Shown in pieces: positions 1-9,776 of a stretch of 63,656 nucleotides of DNA; the stretch's first letter is position 1, and each line of letters starts with the position of its first letter. The notes under the pieces were generated by a model, which saw only the letters and a program-made list of their open reading frames with translations, did no database searches and was not told the origin of the DNA. The position numbers were made by a program, and so were the translations under genes. The DNA is from Phycisphaerales bacterium (GTDB lineage Bacteria > Planctomycetota > Phycisphaerae > Sedimentisphaerales > UBA12454): contig JBDKUM010000070.1 in assembly GCA_039679715.1 (NCBI GenBank), positions 1 through 63,656 on the forward strand, read 5' to 3'.

Positions 1-1
1 T

Positions 2-499
2 AAATGCTTTGAAGAATTTGCAAAGCAAGGACTACCGCAAGCCCAAATTATATTAGGCTCAATGTATGAAAAAGGTCAAATTGAGATTGATGACCATTAC
101 TTCAACCTTGAGGAAGGCTACCAATGGTATATTTTAGCTGGTTTAAAAGGAGCAATTATTAATGAAGATGATAATTCATTATGTAAAAGGATGACTCCCC
201 AACAGATTGCAAATGCTCAATACGAAATTGGATGCATTCGTAATCGAGGTTTTACTGGCCGTATTGATGATAAAAGTTTGATTAATCTTAAGGAAGCTGT
301 TAGATGGTACACAAAATCTGCAAAGCAGGGACATAAGGAAGCTTTATCGGAACTTGCACATATATATTGTAAAAACCAGTATGTTCCTCAGAATTATGAG
401 GAAGGTTTTAAATTCTTACTTAAATACATTGAGATGCTTCATGATGAGAAAAATACAAGTATTGAAAATGATACAAAAATAGATGACATTCCATTTTAA
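2..499 (+). CDS. Sel1-like (SLR/TPR-type) repeat protein, 5' end lies outside the window
   Basis: Frame 2 is open from the window edge (KCFEEFAKQGLPQAQIILGSMYEKGQ...). The Sel1 signature recurs as A..G...A...LG.MYE.G and AVRWYTKSAKQGHKEALSELAHIY. The track ORF 62..499 is only its internal Met. Confidence 0.6.
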   Translation, partial: KCFEEFAKQGLPQAQIILGSMYEKGQIEIDDHYFNLEEGYQWYILAGLKGAIINEDDNSLCKRMTPQQIANAQYEIGCIRNRGFTGRIDDKSLINLKEAVRWYTKSAKQGHKEALSELAHIYCKNQYVPQNYEEGFKFLLKYIEMLHDEKNTSIENDTKIDDIPF

Positions 500-773
500 T
501 TAAAACATAACAATGTTCGTTGAAGCGTAGCGGAAACCCTGTGGGTAAACTGGTAAACTAGGGACAGCGGGGCTGTTGGGACAATCGGATAATAATTGCA
601 ACCCTCTGAGGCTGTTGCGACGATGTTAAAAACCATAAAATCATATTGCATACCATCTCCATTGAAATAATCAAATACGCTATACTGCTTGGCAGTATAC
701 TGCATTGCAGTATAGTTAAAAAAATAAAATCAGCAAAATCAGTGTAATCAGCGATTAAAAAAATCTCTATTTA

Positions 774-2876
774 TCAATTATGGAATTGAACTGCATCCTG
801 CTCTTCGAGAAGTTTCGACTGGTCTCCTGTCGTAATACAAACTTCAACAAAAGCATTTGCTTGATTTGGCCAAATGAATGTGGTTACCGACTCGGCCGGC
901 AAAGTGTAAATAAAATATTGACTGTTCCAAATTATTTTTAGATTGTGCGAAGATGTGGAAGTATTTACAGCCATGCAGACTCTTGAGCCGTCAGGATTTA
1001 CAAACGCGATATTCTTAATTCCTGAACCAACTGAAGCAGGCGTATTAATTCTGTATGCGCCGCTCTGGACAAATTTACTTATTTGTCCCAGGCTATAATA
1101 TTGCGGCCGAGGTGTAACCTCTCCCGTTATAGTATTTACAGTAACAACGCCATAGCATTGACCGCAGCCGCCGGCAATCTTCGGCCCGTTATTCTGATCA
1201 AGAGCCAGGTTCCATTTTACGAAAGTCTTAGACCAATTCCGCAGCACATCAATTATAGTTTCAGAATTATTAATCAAATGATAAGAAAAACCTTTATCCA
1301 ACCAGCCGCCGTCAGACCACTCGGTATAATAAATATCTTTATCAGTATGAGCATAGTAAACGGTCGATTGCGCAGCAACATCACCGCTATAACCGTGAAA
1401 AGCTGTTCCAGCTATATAGCTTGCCGCCAGAGAATCAGCCAGAACTGTAAGCGGATATGTCGTATTATCCCAGTTATGGTCGTAGCAAAATATTTTTGTT
1501 GTTATACCGGCATCTATAAATTTCTGGCCGACTAATTTAATAAGCCTGATTTGTTCTGCTGTGCTCATTGCCATAACAGGATAATCTGATGATGCAAGCA
1601 GCGGTTCATTTTGAACAGTAATTGCATGAATATCTATACCTAAATTCGCGTAGGCCTGGATATATCGAACGAAATAATTAGCGTAGGTATTATAAACATT
1701 ATCATCATCTATCAAAGAACCAGAAGTAAACGATTTTGAAGTTTTCATCCATTTTGGCGCACTCCACGGACTGCCCATAATTTTTATATCGGGATTAATC
1801 ACCATGGCTTCGAGCAAAACAGGAGTTATATAGGCAGCGTCTGGCGAAATTGAGAAAAATTGAAGATTGTAATCGCTGGTTGCCGATCCCGGGATTTCAT
1901 CATACGAATAATCTGCGCGTCTGCGCATATCTGAAGTTCCCATAGGCTGACGGAGAAAATTTAAACCGATTCCATTTTCAGAATCGAAAAGCTGTGTAAG
2001 GATTTCTGCGCGTTTTTGCGCATTGAGATTATAAAGCAAGTACGCGGAAGAATCTGTTAAAGACGCACCGAAACCCTCAATCTGCTGATATGTTTGTGAA
2101 TCGTTGACTGTTAGTGAAATGCCTTCGTCAACAGGTTCGTAATAGTTTAGCCATTGTTCAGCAAATACCTTCAAATCCTGAATACCAATTAAATTATCTC
2201 CGCTCAAATCAAGATTGGTTTCATTTTGCTGCCATTTATTTGCCAAAAGATTATAATCAGCCAAATCCACCCGGCAGTCATTGTCAAAATCCGGATCCGG
2301 CAGTACACAAGCCTCATCGTATAGAATTGTACCTCTCAATGCGCCTTCAAGCATAAATGACGCTGAAACAGCGCCGGCCGGTGCCTGCTTTGTAAAAGTA
2401 TATCGAGACCAGGCTAAATTTTCCGAGCTGTTAAAAAGTTCGAGTCTTTGAATGCTGCCTATTCTATTATTCGAGGAATTTTTCCACTCAATAAGCAGTG
2501 CGCCATTCGGATAACTGACGGGATTCCAATGTTCTGTTTTCGCATCGACGCTTAAGGTGTACAAGCTGCCTGATGATACATTAATTGTCTGTCCCCATCG
2601 TACATATTCGCCAGAATAGTAGGCGCCTGTGTTGACATAATTTGCGCCGGTTGCGCCGACCGCGGGAGCATTATTTTTCCATGCAGACCAGCCGCCGCTG
2701 CCCCCTTTCCACCAATAATCAGGATTTGTTTGTTCGTTCCACGGATTATTAGTGCCCTCCTCGAAACCCGGATTCAACAAAAGATTGCCGAAAGATAAAT
2801 TTGGAAGCAGACCTATTAATATAAATACCATTATATAGGTATGAAAAGACTTGCGAAATCTTCCCCAATTTTTCAT
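774..2876 (-). CDS. Secreted glycoside hydrolase family 30 (glucosylceramidase/beta-1,6-glucanase-like) with an N-terminal CBM-like module and a dockerin-like segment
   Basis: Track ORF is 774..2954. I moved the start to ATG 2876 (MKNWGRF... followed by the hydrophobic signal ...LIGLLPNLSFG). GH30 hallmarks are GFGASLTDSSA, SPWSAPKWMK and ITVQNEP. The N-terminus (NLLLNPGFEEG...) looks like a CBM. It is followed by DFDNDCRVDLADYN...DLSGDNLIGIQDLKVF. Confidence 0.82.
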   Translation of the reverse strand: MKNWGRFRKSFHTYIMVFILIGLLPNLSFGNLLLNPGFEEGTNNPWNEQTNPDYWWKGGSGGWSAWKNNAPAVGATGANYVNTGAYYSGEYVRWGQTINVSSGSLYTLSVDAKTEHWNPVSYPNGALLIEWKNSSNNRIGSIQRLELFNSSENLAWSRYTFTKQAPAGAVSASFMLEGALRGTILYDEACVLPDPDFDNDCRVDLADYNLLANKWQQNETNLDLSGDNLIGIQDLKVFAEQWLNYYEPVDEGISLTVNDSQTYQQIEGFGASLTDSSAYLLYNLNAQKRAEILTQLFDSENGIGLNFLRQPMGTSDMRRRADYSYDEIPGSATSDYNLQFFSISPDAAYITPVLLEAMVINPDIKIMGSPWSAPKWMKTSKSFTSGSLIDDDNVYNTYANYFVRYIQAYANLGIDIHAITVQNEPLLASSDYPVMAMSTAEQIRLIKLVGQKFIDAGITTKIFCYDHNWDNTTYPLTVLADSLAASYIAGTAFHGYSGDVAAQSTVYYAHTDKDIYYTEWSDGGWLDKGFSYHLINNSETIIDVLRNWSKTFVKWNLALDQNNGPKIAGGCGQCYGVVTVNTITGEVTPRPQYYSLGQISKFVQSGAYRINTPASVGSGIKNIAFVNPDGSRVCMAVNTSTSSHNLKIIWNSQYFIYTLPAESVTTFIWPNQANAFVEVCITTGDQSKLLEEQDAVQFHN

Positions 2877-3055
2877 CAAAAAAACCGCTCCATATATTTC
2901 CATTTTACTAAAAATCGCCGGCAAAGTCAATTTTAGCTTGACTATACAATGCATTATTTTATAATAGCAACCGGTTTTTAATAAATCAATATAAAAATAA
3001 TAAAACCAGCAGATTATTCAATTTTTATCGTTTATAATATAAAAAAGAAGACAAG

Positions 3056-4417
3056 ATGCACAATATAGGACATAATAACATAAGAATTATTCTTACCTGC
3101 AAAGATTCGCAGAACCTTTTATCAGAAAATGATACGGTAACTCTGACTAAAAAATCGTATTCAAGCAACCTGCAAAGTATCGAACTTGATACCTCCAGAA
3201 CTTTTCAAGTAATAAAGGGTTTCGGCGGAGCATTTACCGAAGCAGGTGCCTATGCACTTTCGCAGGTGAATCCGAAATTAAGACAAGAAGTTCTTAAAGC
3301 ATATTTCGATGATGTTAACGGAATCGGGTACTCTCTTTGCCGAACACATATAAACAGTTGCGATTTCAGCCTGAACAATTATTCATTCAATGATACACCT
3401 GACGACTACAAGCTGGAGAATTTTGATATCGAACATGACAGGAAACTTCTCATACCCTTTATAAAGGATGCGATGCAGACATCAAAGACAGGTTTCAAGC
3501 TGTTCGCATCGCCATGGAGTCCGCCTGCGTGGATGAAAACCAATGGACAGATGAATAATGGAGGCAAGCTCAAACCGCAATGCAGGAATGCGTGGGCTTT
3601 ATATTTTGCCAAATATATAAAGGCTTATATGCAAGCCGGTATCCCGATTTGGGCGGTAACAGTGCAAAATGAACCGGATGCTCTGCAAAGATGGGATTCA
3701 TGTTTATATTCAAATAGTGAAGAGCGAGATTTTCTAAAATTTTATTTGGGGCCGACACTTGCGGAACAAGGACTGTCACACATCAAAATAATTGTATGGG
3801 ATCATAATAAAGATATTCTTGTTGAGAGAATTTCTACAATTCTTTCCGATCCGGAAGCGGCTAAATATGTATGGGGAATAGGTTTTCACTGGTACGCTGG
3901 AACTTTTTTCGAAAACCTCGCTAAGGTGCATAAGTTTTTCCCCGACAAACAGCTTCTTGCGACTGAAGGCTGCCATGAAGGCGGAGTAAAACCGGGAAAC
4001 TGGCAAACGGGCGAAACTTATGGCAATGCGATTATCGGAGATTTGAATAATTGGGCTGTAGGGTGGGTTGACTGGAATATGGTGCTTGATGAAACAGGAG
4101 GACCAAATCACGCAGACAATTTTTGTGACGCACCAATCATAGCTGATAAAATAACGGATAAAATTCATTATCACAGTTCATATTACTATCTTGGGCATTT
4201 TAGTAAATTTATCAGGCCAGGAGCAATTAGAATTCAATGCGAAACAATGAGCGATAAACTTCAGGCGACCGCATTTCAGAATCAGAACGGAATAATAGCG
4301 GCGGTGGTTATGAACCGTTCTGAAGAAAAAAACGATTTTTGTTTAAAGATAAAAGATTATGCCGCTCAATTGACAAGCCCGGCTCATTCCATTCAAACGC
4401 TTTTGATAAATCAGTAA
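3056..4417 (+). CDS. Glycoside hydrolase family 30 (glucosylceramidase-like), no obvious signal peptide
   Basis: Motifs: GFGGAFTEAGA, SPWSPPAWMKTNG, acid/base VTVQNEP and nucleophile region LLATEGC. It is a paralogue of the gene at 774..2876. Confidence 0.88.
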   Translation: MHNIGHNNIRIILTCKDSQNLLSENDTVTLTKKSYSSNLQSIELDTSRTFQVIKGFGGAFTEAGAYALSQVNPKLRQEVLKAYFDDVNGIGYSLCRTHINSCDFSLNNYSFNDTPDDYKLENFDIEHDRKLLIPFIKDAMQTSKTGFKLFASPWSPPAWMKTNGQMNNGGKLKPQCRNAWALYFAKYIKAYMQAGIPIWAVTVQNEPDALQRWDSCLYSNSEERDFLKFYLGPTLAEQGLSHIKIIVWDHNKDILVERISTILSDPEAAKYVWGIGFHWYAGTFFENLAKVHKFFPDKQLLATEGCHEGGVKPGNWQTGETYGNAIIGDLNNWAVGWVDWNMVLDETGGPNHADNFCDAPIIADKITDKIHYHSSYYYLGHFSKFIRPGAIRIQCETMSDKLQATAFQNQNGIIAAVVMNRSEEKNDFCLKIKDYAAQLTSPAHSIQTLLINQ

Positions 4418-4434
4418 CAATCAGGAGGCAAAAA

Positions 4435-6318
4435 ATGGCATTCTTATTCAGATGCATAATAGTTGCATTAATTTTTTCTTGCGCTTCATTTGCGGATAAA
4501 CCTTCCAGGCTGCCAATGCTGAAAGCTAAAGGTACTGTAATTACGGACGGCAATAACACCGTTATTCTCAAAGGCACAAATCTTGGTCATTGGCTCATGA
4601 TGGAAACGTGGATGATGCATTTCTATGATGAAAAAATCAGAGACCAATATATGTTTGAATTAAACCTGCAACAGCGATTTGGGACAAAAGAAAAAGATCG
4701 CCTGATGGATTTATTCAGATCAAATTGGATTATTGACCGAGATTTTGAAATTATTAAATCATTTAATATGAATTGTGTTCGGCTTCCGTTTTATTATCAA
4801 CTTCTTGAGGACGATAATAATCCCATGCAGCTTAAGGCGGACGCTTTTCGATGGCTGGATTATGCGGTTAACACAGCGGAGAAAAATGGGCTTTATACAA
4901 TATTATGTCTTCATGGGGCAGCCGGTGGACAAAGCACGATGGGACATTGCGGCAGAGAAGATTATAATAAATTCTGGTCTGACCCTAAATATCTTGAAAG
5001 AACATGCTGGCTATGGAAGCAGGTAGCACAAAGGTATAAAGATAGAGGCAGTGTCGCAGGTTACGACTTACTCAATGAACCATGGGGAGCGGACATATCA
5101 AAACAAATTGAAGCATTTAAAGCTATTTACAATTCAATCAGGACGGTTGATAAAAATCATATAATTTTCATCCAGGGACATGAATCTCTAAAAGAATTAG
5201 GCAATCCGAAACAGTATGGATGGGAAAATGTTGTTTATTCCTTACATCGCTATCCCGGGATTTTTGACGGCGGGCCGCCAACACGTGAGAACCAGACAAG
5301 ATTCCTGAAATACTATCTTGCGGAAATTAACAATGAATTACATGAACTGAACGTTCCATTTTTTATGGGCGAATTCAATGTTCTTTACACAAGCGCGGGC
5401 GGAGCGGAAATGATGCGGAGGCACTTTGATTATTACGCAAAATATAATTGGGCGGCAACAATGTGGGCCTACAAAATTTTAACAATCCCGAATGAAAAAC
5501 GCAGAGGCTATTGGGAGATGGTAACAAATAAAGAACCAATTTCTGAAATTGATTTTAAAACTGCAAGTATCAGCGAGATCGAAAAATACTTTAAATTTCT
5601 ATCGTCAGATTACACTTACTATGCCGAGCTTAAAGAGGCACTGACGCGTAAAGAGCCGCTTACAGAGTTGGCTGATCCCCCGCCGCCAGCTAAGCCTATT
5701 GTCGTATCGCCTTACAATGAGGATTTTAAAGGATGGCAGGGGACAGATATATCAACTGCTATGCGAACTGATTTGAAGATTCCGATTCCCGGCGGACAAA
5801 AGGTTTATTCTGATTCCCAAATTGATCTTTATGGGTCTGGCGCAGATATTTATTTATCAAATGATCAGTTTCGCTTTATATGGAAAAAAATAGATGGTGA
5901 TTGCGAAATATCCGCCACTTTAGATGAGCTGACTTTTACGCACATGTTCGCAAAGGCAGGAATTATGATACGTGAAGATTTAAATGATAATTCAGTTTGC
6001 GCAATTTTTGCTGCCAGACCGGCAGGTGAACTGGAATTTATAAGCAGAGTGCAAAAAGGGCAAAGCGTGAAGACAGACGGCCATCTTGGGCATGATTATC
6101 CGGGAATTAATTTAAAGCTGATACGCAAAGGAAATGTTATCGAATCTTATCATTCCAAAGATAATGAAGCTTGGGAAAAATTCATGACAATCGAACTGCC
6201 GGCATTACCCAGGACAGCGTATGTTGGTTTGTTTTGTTTAAGCCATGATAACAAACAATTGGCCAAAGCCTCATTTAGAAATGTCAAACTAAGTGGAAAA
6301 GAAGAATTTCAAAAATAA
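4435..6318 (+). CDS. Secreted glycoside hydrolase family 5 with a C-terminal ConA/LamG-like (DUF1349-like) module
   Basis: Track ORF is 4339..6318. I moved the start to ATG 4435, 6 nt after AGGAGG (4423-4428), which gives the signal peptide MAFLFRCIIVALIFSCASFA. GH5 motifs are LLNEPWG (acid/base) and FFMGEFN (nucleophile). The C-terminal ~190 aa read FRFIWKKIDGDCEI...YVGLFCLSHD. Confidence 0.8.
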   Translation: MAFLFRCIIVALIFSCASFADKPSRLPMLKAKGTVITDGNNTVILKGTNLGHWLMMETWMMHFYDEKIRDQYMFELNLQQRFGTKEKDRLMDLFRSNWIIDRDFEIIKSFNMNCVRLPFYYQLLEDDNNPMQLKADAFRWLDYAVNTAEKNGLYTILCLHGAAGGQSTMGHCGREDYNKFWSDPKYLERTCWLWKQVAQRYKDRGSVAGYDLLNEPWGADISKQIEAFKAIYNSIRTVDKNHIIFIQGHESLKELGNPKQYGWENVVYSLHRYPGIFDGGPPTRENQTRFLKYYLAEINNELHELNVPFFMGEFNVLYTSAGGAEMMRRHFDYYAKYNWAATMWAYKILTIPNEKRRGYWEMVTNKEPISEIDFKTASISEIEKYFKFLSSDYTYYAELKEALTRKEPLTELADPPPPAKPIVVSPYNEDFKGWQGTDISTAMRTDLKIPIPGGQKVYSDSQIDLYGSGADIYLSNDQFRFIWKKIDGDCEISATLDELTFTHMFAKAGIMIREDLNDNSVCAIFAARPAGELEFISRVQKGQSVKTDGHLGHDYPGINLKLIRKGNVIESYHSKDNEAWEKFMTIELPALPRTAYVGLFCLSHDNKQLAKASFRNVKLSGKEEFQK

Positions 6319-6712
6319 TAATAATTCTTCTATATTCTTAATAAGATTCACTGATACAAAGTTATAAAAATGTGTTTATACGGATCCCAAAAAATACTCG
6401 TGCGTTATCCGCGGCTTAAGCGAAGCTAAACTCAATGACTTACAAAAACCTCACGACGCGCGAGTAATAATACCAATTGGTATTATTTTGGGGTTATACC
6501 ATTTCCATTTGGATTCACGTGCTTTATCCTTTGCCATCAATCTCGCCGCCATAATGATCTTAACGAGTATTAAACAATTTAACTCCTTGACAAAGGATTA
6601 AACATAATGTAGATAAGACTTTGCGGCACAAATTTACGAATGCAGTAACCCCGTTTCTGAAGCTTTGCAGTAAAAAAAAGGATGCTTTTTAATTCTCAAG
6701 TGAAATCAAAGT

Positions 6713-7864
6713 ATGACAATATATAAACTGGCTTTTATTATCGAACGATATTTTGAGTTCGGAGGGCTTCAGCGGGATATGAGGCGCTTAGCTCTGGCCT
6801 GCGCTAAACAAGGTCATGAAGTAACCGTTTACACAAATGAATGGAACGGTCCACAAGAACCATCAATAAACGTTAAAATAATTAATGCCAGAATGTCATC
6901 AAACCACCGTACTATAAAAAAAATAGAAGATTTCGTTCACGAGCTTAGACGAGAAAATAAATTTGACTGCATAATAGGTTTTAACAGGATTGACGGATTA
7001 GATGTCTATTTCGGCGGCGATATTTGTCTTAAGGCAAAACTACTAAAGAATCATCAAATGTGGATGCGTTTTCTGCCGCGATATCGAACCTATCTCGAAT
7101 TGGAAGCGGCAGTTTTTGGACCCACAAGCAATACCGAGATTATGCTCATTTCCCCAAATGAACTAAAAAATATTCAGCAAGTTTATCAAACAGCCTCCGA
7201 ACGAATACATTTGCTGCCTCCGGGCATTGATCGCATTCGCTTTGAATCAAATCCTTTGCCTGCCGAAAAAAGAAAACAATTTCGTGCGGAGTTTAATACG
7301 CATGATAAGGATTTTATGATACTCACAGTCGGTTCTAGTTTTTATACAAAAGGAATTGACAGAGCAATACAGGCAATCTCAAGTCTGCCAGAGGATTTAA
7401 AAAAACGCTGCCGGTATGTTGTAGTCGGACAGGGAGATGAAAATAAGTTTAGCACAATAGCCCGAAAAATTGGGATAAGAGATAAAGTTTTTTTCACGGG
7501 CGGACGAAACGATATCGCATGCTTTTATTATGCTTCAGATGTTTTAATACATCCAGCTCGGACAGAAAATACAGGAACCACCCTGCTTGAAGCAATGCTG
7601 ACCGGACTTCCAGTCATTGCTACAGAAAATTGCGGATATGCTCATTATATTCAGCAAGCAAATGGCGGAAAGGTTTGCAAAGAGCCTTTTAATCCAATAC
7701 AACTTAATCAAAATCTTAGTGAGATTCTGACAGATGATCAACTTCGCAAACAATATGGTATAAATGGCAAAGAATATTGTCGGAATGCGAATATATACAG
7801 CATGATTGAAGAAGGTGTCGAAGTCATCCTAAATCGTGCCGAAAAAAACAGAGAAACCAAATGA
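6713..7864 (+). CDS. waaG: LPS core glucosyltransferase I (GT4), WaaG/RfaG-like
   Basis: From memory it aligns end to end with E. coli WaaG: FEFGGLQRDMRRLA vs FPFGGLQRDFMRIA, GLDVYFGGD vs GLDVYFAAD, and VCGYAHYI-type NCGYAHYIQQANGG. It has a GT4 EX7E region. Confidence 0.85.
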   Translation: MTIYKLAFIIERYFEFGGLQRDMRRLALACAKQGHEVTVYTNEWNGPQEPSINVKIINARMSSNHRTIKKIEDFVHELRRENKFDCIIGFNRIDGLDVYFGGDICLKAKLLKNHQMWMRFLPRYRTYLELEAAVFGPTSNTEIMLISPNELKNIQQVYQTASERIHLLPPGIDRIRFESNPLPAEKRKQFRAEFNTHDKDFMILTVGSSFYTKGIDRAIQAISSLPEDLKKRCRYVVVGQGDENKFSTIARKIGIRDKVFFTGGRNDIACFYYASDVLIHPARTENTGTTLLEAMLTGLPVIATENCGYAHYIQQANGGKVCKEPFNPIQLNQNLSEILTDDQLRKQYGINGKEYCRNANIYSMIEEGVEVILNRAEKNRETK

Positions 7865-8691
7865 TCTATATCCATCCAGACTATTCAAGACTATTCAAGA
7901 AATTTCAAAATGTAGATGATTTTCTCTGCATTAAGGTTGACCTCGTTCGGGATTTCAAAAATCGGAAAACAGGCAGGTTTGTTATAGATGGTCATGGTTT
8001 TTACATCAAAAAACATTTTGAATGCGGCTGCGGTATGATATTGGATGAGCTTTTACATCTTAGAAAACCGCATATCGGCGCAGAACACGAAAAAAATGTT
8101 CTTAATAAACTCCATGCGATTGGTATTGATACAATGAAGGTCGTCGCGTTTGGTAAGGAAGGCAAATCACTTGACAAACAGCGATCCTTTCTTGTTACTG
8201 AGGAATTGACGAATGTCAGGAGTTTGGAGGATATATGCAAAAAATGGCCGACAGATCGTCCTTCGGCAACTTTTAAAAAATCTTTAATTAATCAGGTTGC
8301 ATTAATTGCTCAAAAACTTCACAGCAATGGCTTGAATCATCGAGATTTTTATCTATGCCATTTTCTGCTGGATATTTCAGGATTTGCCAAAGAGAATGAA
8401 ATTCGACAGCCAAAATTGTTTTTGATAGACCTGCATCGTGCGCAAGAGCGATCGCAAACGCCATATCGCTGGAGGGTAAAAGATATCGGAGGGCTATATT
8501 TTTCTGCAATGGATATTGGCTTAAAGCAGCGAGATATATTCCGCTTTATGCGTAAATACAGTGGTAAATCGCTTAATCAAACTCTGCATGAAGACAGACG
8601 ATTCTGGAAAGACGTTCAAAATCGCGCAACTAAGATGTATAAAAAAGAATCTGCCAAATGCGCAGCTCGTGAAGGAAAAATAAAAAATTAG
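7861..8691 (+). CDS. waaP: LPS core heptose(I) kinase, WaaP/RfaP-like
   Basis: 4-nt overlap with waaG. From memory it matches E. coli WaaP: NHRDFYLCHFLL vs NHRDCYICHFLL, IDLHRAQ, RWRVKDIGGLYFSAMDIGLKQRDIFRFM vs [28 protein letters not shown]. Confidence 0.85.
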   Translation: MIYIHPDYSRLFKKFQNVDDFLCIKVDLVRDFKNRKTGRFVIDGHGFYIKKHFECGCGMILDELLHLRKPHIGAEHEKNVLNKLHAIGIDTMKVVAFGKEGKSLDKQRSFLVTEELTNVRSLEDICKKWPTDRPSATFKKSLINQVALIAQKLHSNGLNHRDFYLCHFLLDISGFAKENEIRQPKLFLIDLHRAQERSQTPYRWRVKDIGGLYFSAMDIGLKQRDIFRFMRKYSGKSLNQTLHEDRRFWKDVQNRATKMYKKESAKCAAREGKIKN

Positions 8692-8723
8692 ATTACTGAA
8701 TAATTAGAATTAAATATTAAGAC

Positions 8724-9770
8724 TCATTTCTGTATATATTCAAATTTCATAGGGGTTCCGGCTTTTAGTTCAATTAGTGCCTTTTTACCTACCACATCTT
8801 TCAAATATTTAGTAGGCAAACCATTTGCCGGTCTTATTGACCGAATATTGTCTTCTGTAAAAGTCTCACCTTTTTTGATATCCTTGACAACAAACAGAGA
8901 ACGGGCAAAAACGCGGCTTTGCTGGGAGACTTCATAAGATGGTGCACCAAGCAATTTTTCAGTATTTCGAACGGTGCGAACCATTTGCGAAAACTCTTCA
9001 ATGTTTAAAGAGAATCCTGCGTCTGCGCCTCCCAAAGCCCTGTCCAGAGTAAAATGCTTTTCGATCACCGATGCCCCCAATGCAACTGCGGCTATTGGAG
9101 TTTCAACATTCATAGTATGGTCGCTAAGTCCGACCGGTACATTGAATTTTTCTTTCATATCCGGAATAGACATCAGGTTCATTTTTTCAAGCGGTGCAGG
9201 ATACGCACTATTACACTTAAGCAGGATAACTTCCTTGTTGCCTGTTCTGTAACAAGCATCAATTGCCTCATGTATCTCTGTTTCCGAGCAGATTCCTGTT
9301 GAAATGATTACAGGTTTTCCTTTAGAGGCGGTATATTCAATAAGTGGAATATCCACCGCCTCAAAAGATGCTATTTTGTAGGCAGGTACATTCATCTTTT
9401 CAAGAAAATCGATGGCTGTCTTATCAAATGGGCTGGAAAAAAGTGTTATGCCGATTGAGTCAGCGTAATCTTTCAACAAAGGCTGCCATTCCCAGGGCGT
9501 ATAAGCCTCCTTGTACAGGTCATAAAGATATTTGCCGTCCCACAATGTGCCGCCTTTGATCTTGAACAATTCACTTTCGCATTTCATTGTAATAGTTTCA
9601 GCGGTATAGGTCTGTAATTTGACTGCATCAGCACCGGCCTCTTTAGCTGCATGAATCATCTTCTTTGCAAGTTCAAAATCACCAGTATGATTGGCAGAAA
9701 TTTCTGCTATAATATATACAGGTTGATTCTCGCCAATCAACCGATCATTTATTGTTAAATTTTTGTTCAT
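8724..9770 (-). CDS. pseI: Pseudaminic acid synthase (NeuB family)
   Basis: IIAEISANHTGDFELAKKMIHAAKEAGADAVKLQTY and the PseI-typical LWDGKYLYDLYKEAYTPWEW. There is a C-terminal SAF/antifreeze-like domain. It is the last gene of the pse operon. Confidence 0.9.
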   Translation of the reverse strand: MNKNLTINDRLIGENQPVYIIAEISANHTGDFELAKKMIHAAKEAGADAVKLQTYTAETITMKCESELFKIKGGTLWDGKYLYDLYKEAYTPWEWQPLLKDYADSIGITLFSSPFDKTAIDFLEKMNVPAYKIASFEAVDIPLIEYTASKGKPVIISTGICSETEIHEAIDACYRTGNKEVILLKCNSAYPAPLEKMNLMSIPDMKEKFNVPVGLSDHTMNVETPIAAVALGASVIEKHFTLDRALGGADAGFSLNIEEFSQMVRTVRNTEKLLGAPSYEVSQQSRVFARSLFVVKDIKKGETFTEDNIRSIRPANGLPTKYLKDVVGKKALIELKAGTPMKFEYIQK

Positions 9771-9776
9771 ACCAGT

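Noticed and set aside
496-705. 69-aa minus-strand ORF and possible ncRNA between the Sel1 gene and GH30
   Set aside because: There is no RBS and no recognisable protein pattern. The only clear structure is the overlapping palindrome TATACTGC-TTG-GCAGTATA / TATACTGCATTGCAGTATA (681-714). That is more simply a transcript-end hairpin or operator for GH30, and I could not support an RNA gene.
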